Shown here in pieces: positions 62,882 through 64,000 of a stretch of 64,000 nt of DNA (positions are counted from its first letter, which is position 1; every line of letters begins with the position of its first letter). The stretch is from the sequence record NC_017972.1. One strand, 5' to 3'. Both the position numbers and the translations under genes were made by a program. The notes under the pieces are model-generated. The model was given only the letters and a program-made list of their open reading frames with translations, had not been told where the DNA came from and ran no database searches.

Positions 62882-63999
62882 TTGGCCTCGTCGTATGTTC
62901 CGATCAGCGTGAGTTTACCGCCATCGACTTTTGTTTCCAGCCGGTAGGAGGACATGGCGCCCACCACCTTGTAAAAATTCATGTCGATTTCGATACCAGA
63001 AACTTTACCGAACAGGTCCATGAAAATGCGCGGGTCTACGCGAATATCCAGAGGCTTGCCGGTTACGCTGGCTTTGAATTTGTCAGAGACGCGACCGGCT
63101 TTACCCTGCACGCTCATGGTTGCTTCTTTCGCTTCAAGTTTCAAAGCCATTTTTGTTTCACCGTCCGACAGCACAGCCATGTTCGATACAACCGAAACGG
63201 CTTTGGTGTCGAAGGTCATTGCGCTAATGGTTTTCAGATCATCCAGCGCATTATTGTACTGCACGGCCTGCCCTACGTCGCCGTATATCAACTGGCCTTC
63301 TGGTAGCGATACCAAAAACGTGTCGCTGGTGGCTCGCACGCGACCGCCTTCAATAGAAAAAGAGATTTCATCGGAATCAATGAATTTCTCCAACACACCG
63401 AACGCTTTGGCAGGCAATGCAGTCTTGAGCGGTACGGCATTTTTCACTTTGGTTTTGAACAGTGCGACGTGGTGTTCGTCGTGGCAGTACACACGCATTA
63501 TCTTTTCGCCGACTTCAAAAATAATCGGCAATTCCGAACCGCCGTAGAAGTCGGTCAGGCGTACCCGCTTCACTGCATCGCGCAGTTTTGTCACAACTTC
63601 TTTTGGCATCGGTTTGGCTTTCTTGCCGACCATCTGATGCTCAAGCATTTGGATATCGTCAGCGTCGAAGTCTACCGCGTCAATTTGCGCAGTGAAATTG
63701 CCTTTCTTTTCCTTGAATGCGATCTTGCCACCGCCCGATTTGAAAACACAATCACTTCGGGATTTTAGCAGGCCGCACAACAGCATGGCGTCCACGCGAA
63801 TGGTGCCGGATTTCGTCGCTTCGCCATCGATCTTGGCACACGCCAGCGCATCGGTGGACGTGCCGATCAGGTAAACGCCTTTGCCTTTTTCGCTGGCAAT
63901 AATAAACTTGGCGTCGTCCGCTTTAATGTAGGTTGTAACGTTGTTGATCTTGGCGAACGTGGCGGCAATATCCTTGCCGTTCGCGATGAATTCCAGCTC
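62878..63999 (-). CDS. DnaN-like (three-domain) sliding clamp, 5' end beyond the window
   Basis: frame open to the window edge (ELEFIANGKDIAATFAKINN...); about 375 aa in three repeated beta-alpha-beta units. Confidence 0.6.
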   Translation of the reverse strand, partial: ELEFIANGKDIAATFAKINNVTTYIKADDAKFIIASEKGKGVYLIGTSTDALACAKIDGEATKSGTIRVDAMLLCGLLKSRSDCVFKSGGGKIAFKEKKGNFTAQIDAVDFDADDIQMLEHQMVGKKAKPMPKEVVTKLRDAVKRVRLTDFYGGSELPIIFEVGEKIMRVYCHDEHHVALFKTKVKNAVPLKTALPAKAFGVLEKFIDSDEISFSIEGGRVRATSDTFLVSLPEGQLIYGDVGQAVQYNNALDDLKTISAMTFDTKAVSVVSNMAVLSDGETKMALKLEAKEATMSVQGKAGRVSDKFKASVTGKPLDIRVDPRIFMDLFGKVSGIEIDMNFYKVVGAMSSYRLETKVDGGKLTLIGTYDEAK

Positions 64000-64000
64000 G

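Noticed and set aside
1-64000. Integrase, transposase, intron/intein or homing endonuclease
   Set aside because: No recognisable motifs; ligase, helicase and capsid genes are uninterrupted and of normal length

Overview
This window is a 64-kb segment of a large lytic myovirus (jumbo-phage-like) genome, and every credible gene lies on the minus strand. Gene content and order are reminiscent of the Lu11/PaBG/Y3/AD1-like group; this is inference from recalled families, not a search result. Layout in + coordinates: (1) 1-12 kb holds small early/accessory genes driven by five near-consensus sigma70 promoters that share a 5' hairpin and RBS leader. It includes KTSC, KorA-like, XRE and LytTR proteins. 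(2) 12-24 kb holds an endolysin, a metallophosphoesterase, DUF1353, dCTP deaminase and many hypothetical genes. (3) 24-45 kb is tail and head morphogenesis: baseplate, tape measure with two cell-wall hydrolase domains, tube, sheath 1, major capsid, scaffold and prohead protease. (4) 45-56 kb holds a GT2-TPR glycosyltransferase, NAD+ ligase, Ig-repeat proteins and a second sheath. (5) 56-64 kb holds a J-domain protein, an SF2 helicase and a DnaN-like clamp that runs off the edge. The strongest hidden signal is a candidate programmed -1 frameshift: A_AAA_AAG sits directly before the stop of the 20329-21249 gene and would fuse it to a 269-codon start-less ORF. Other notable signals are Z-DNA-prone purine-pyrimidine tracts upstream of three early promoters, a recurrent AxAS motif plus a shared N-terminal signal in head proteins (candidate protease and targeting code), and two candidate phage promoter motifs. 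No tRNA, CRISPR array or integrase was recognised.
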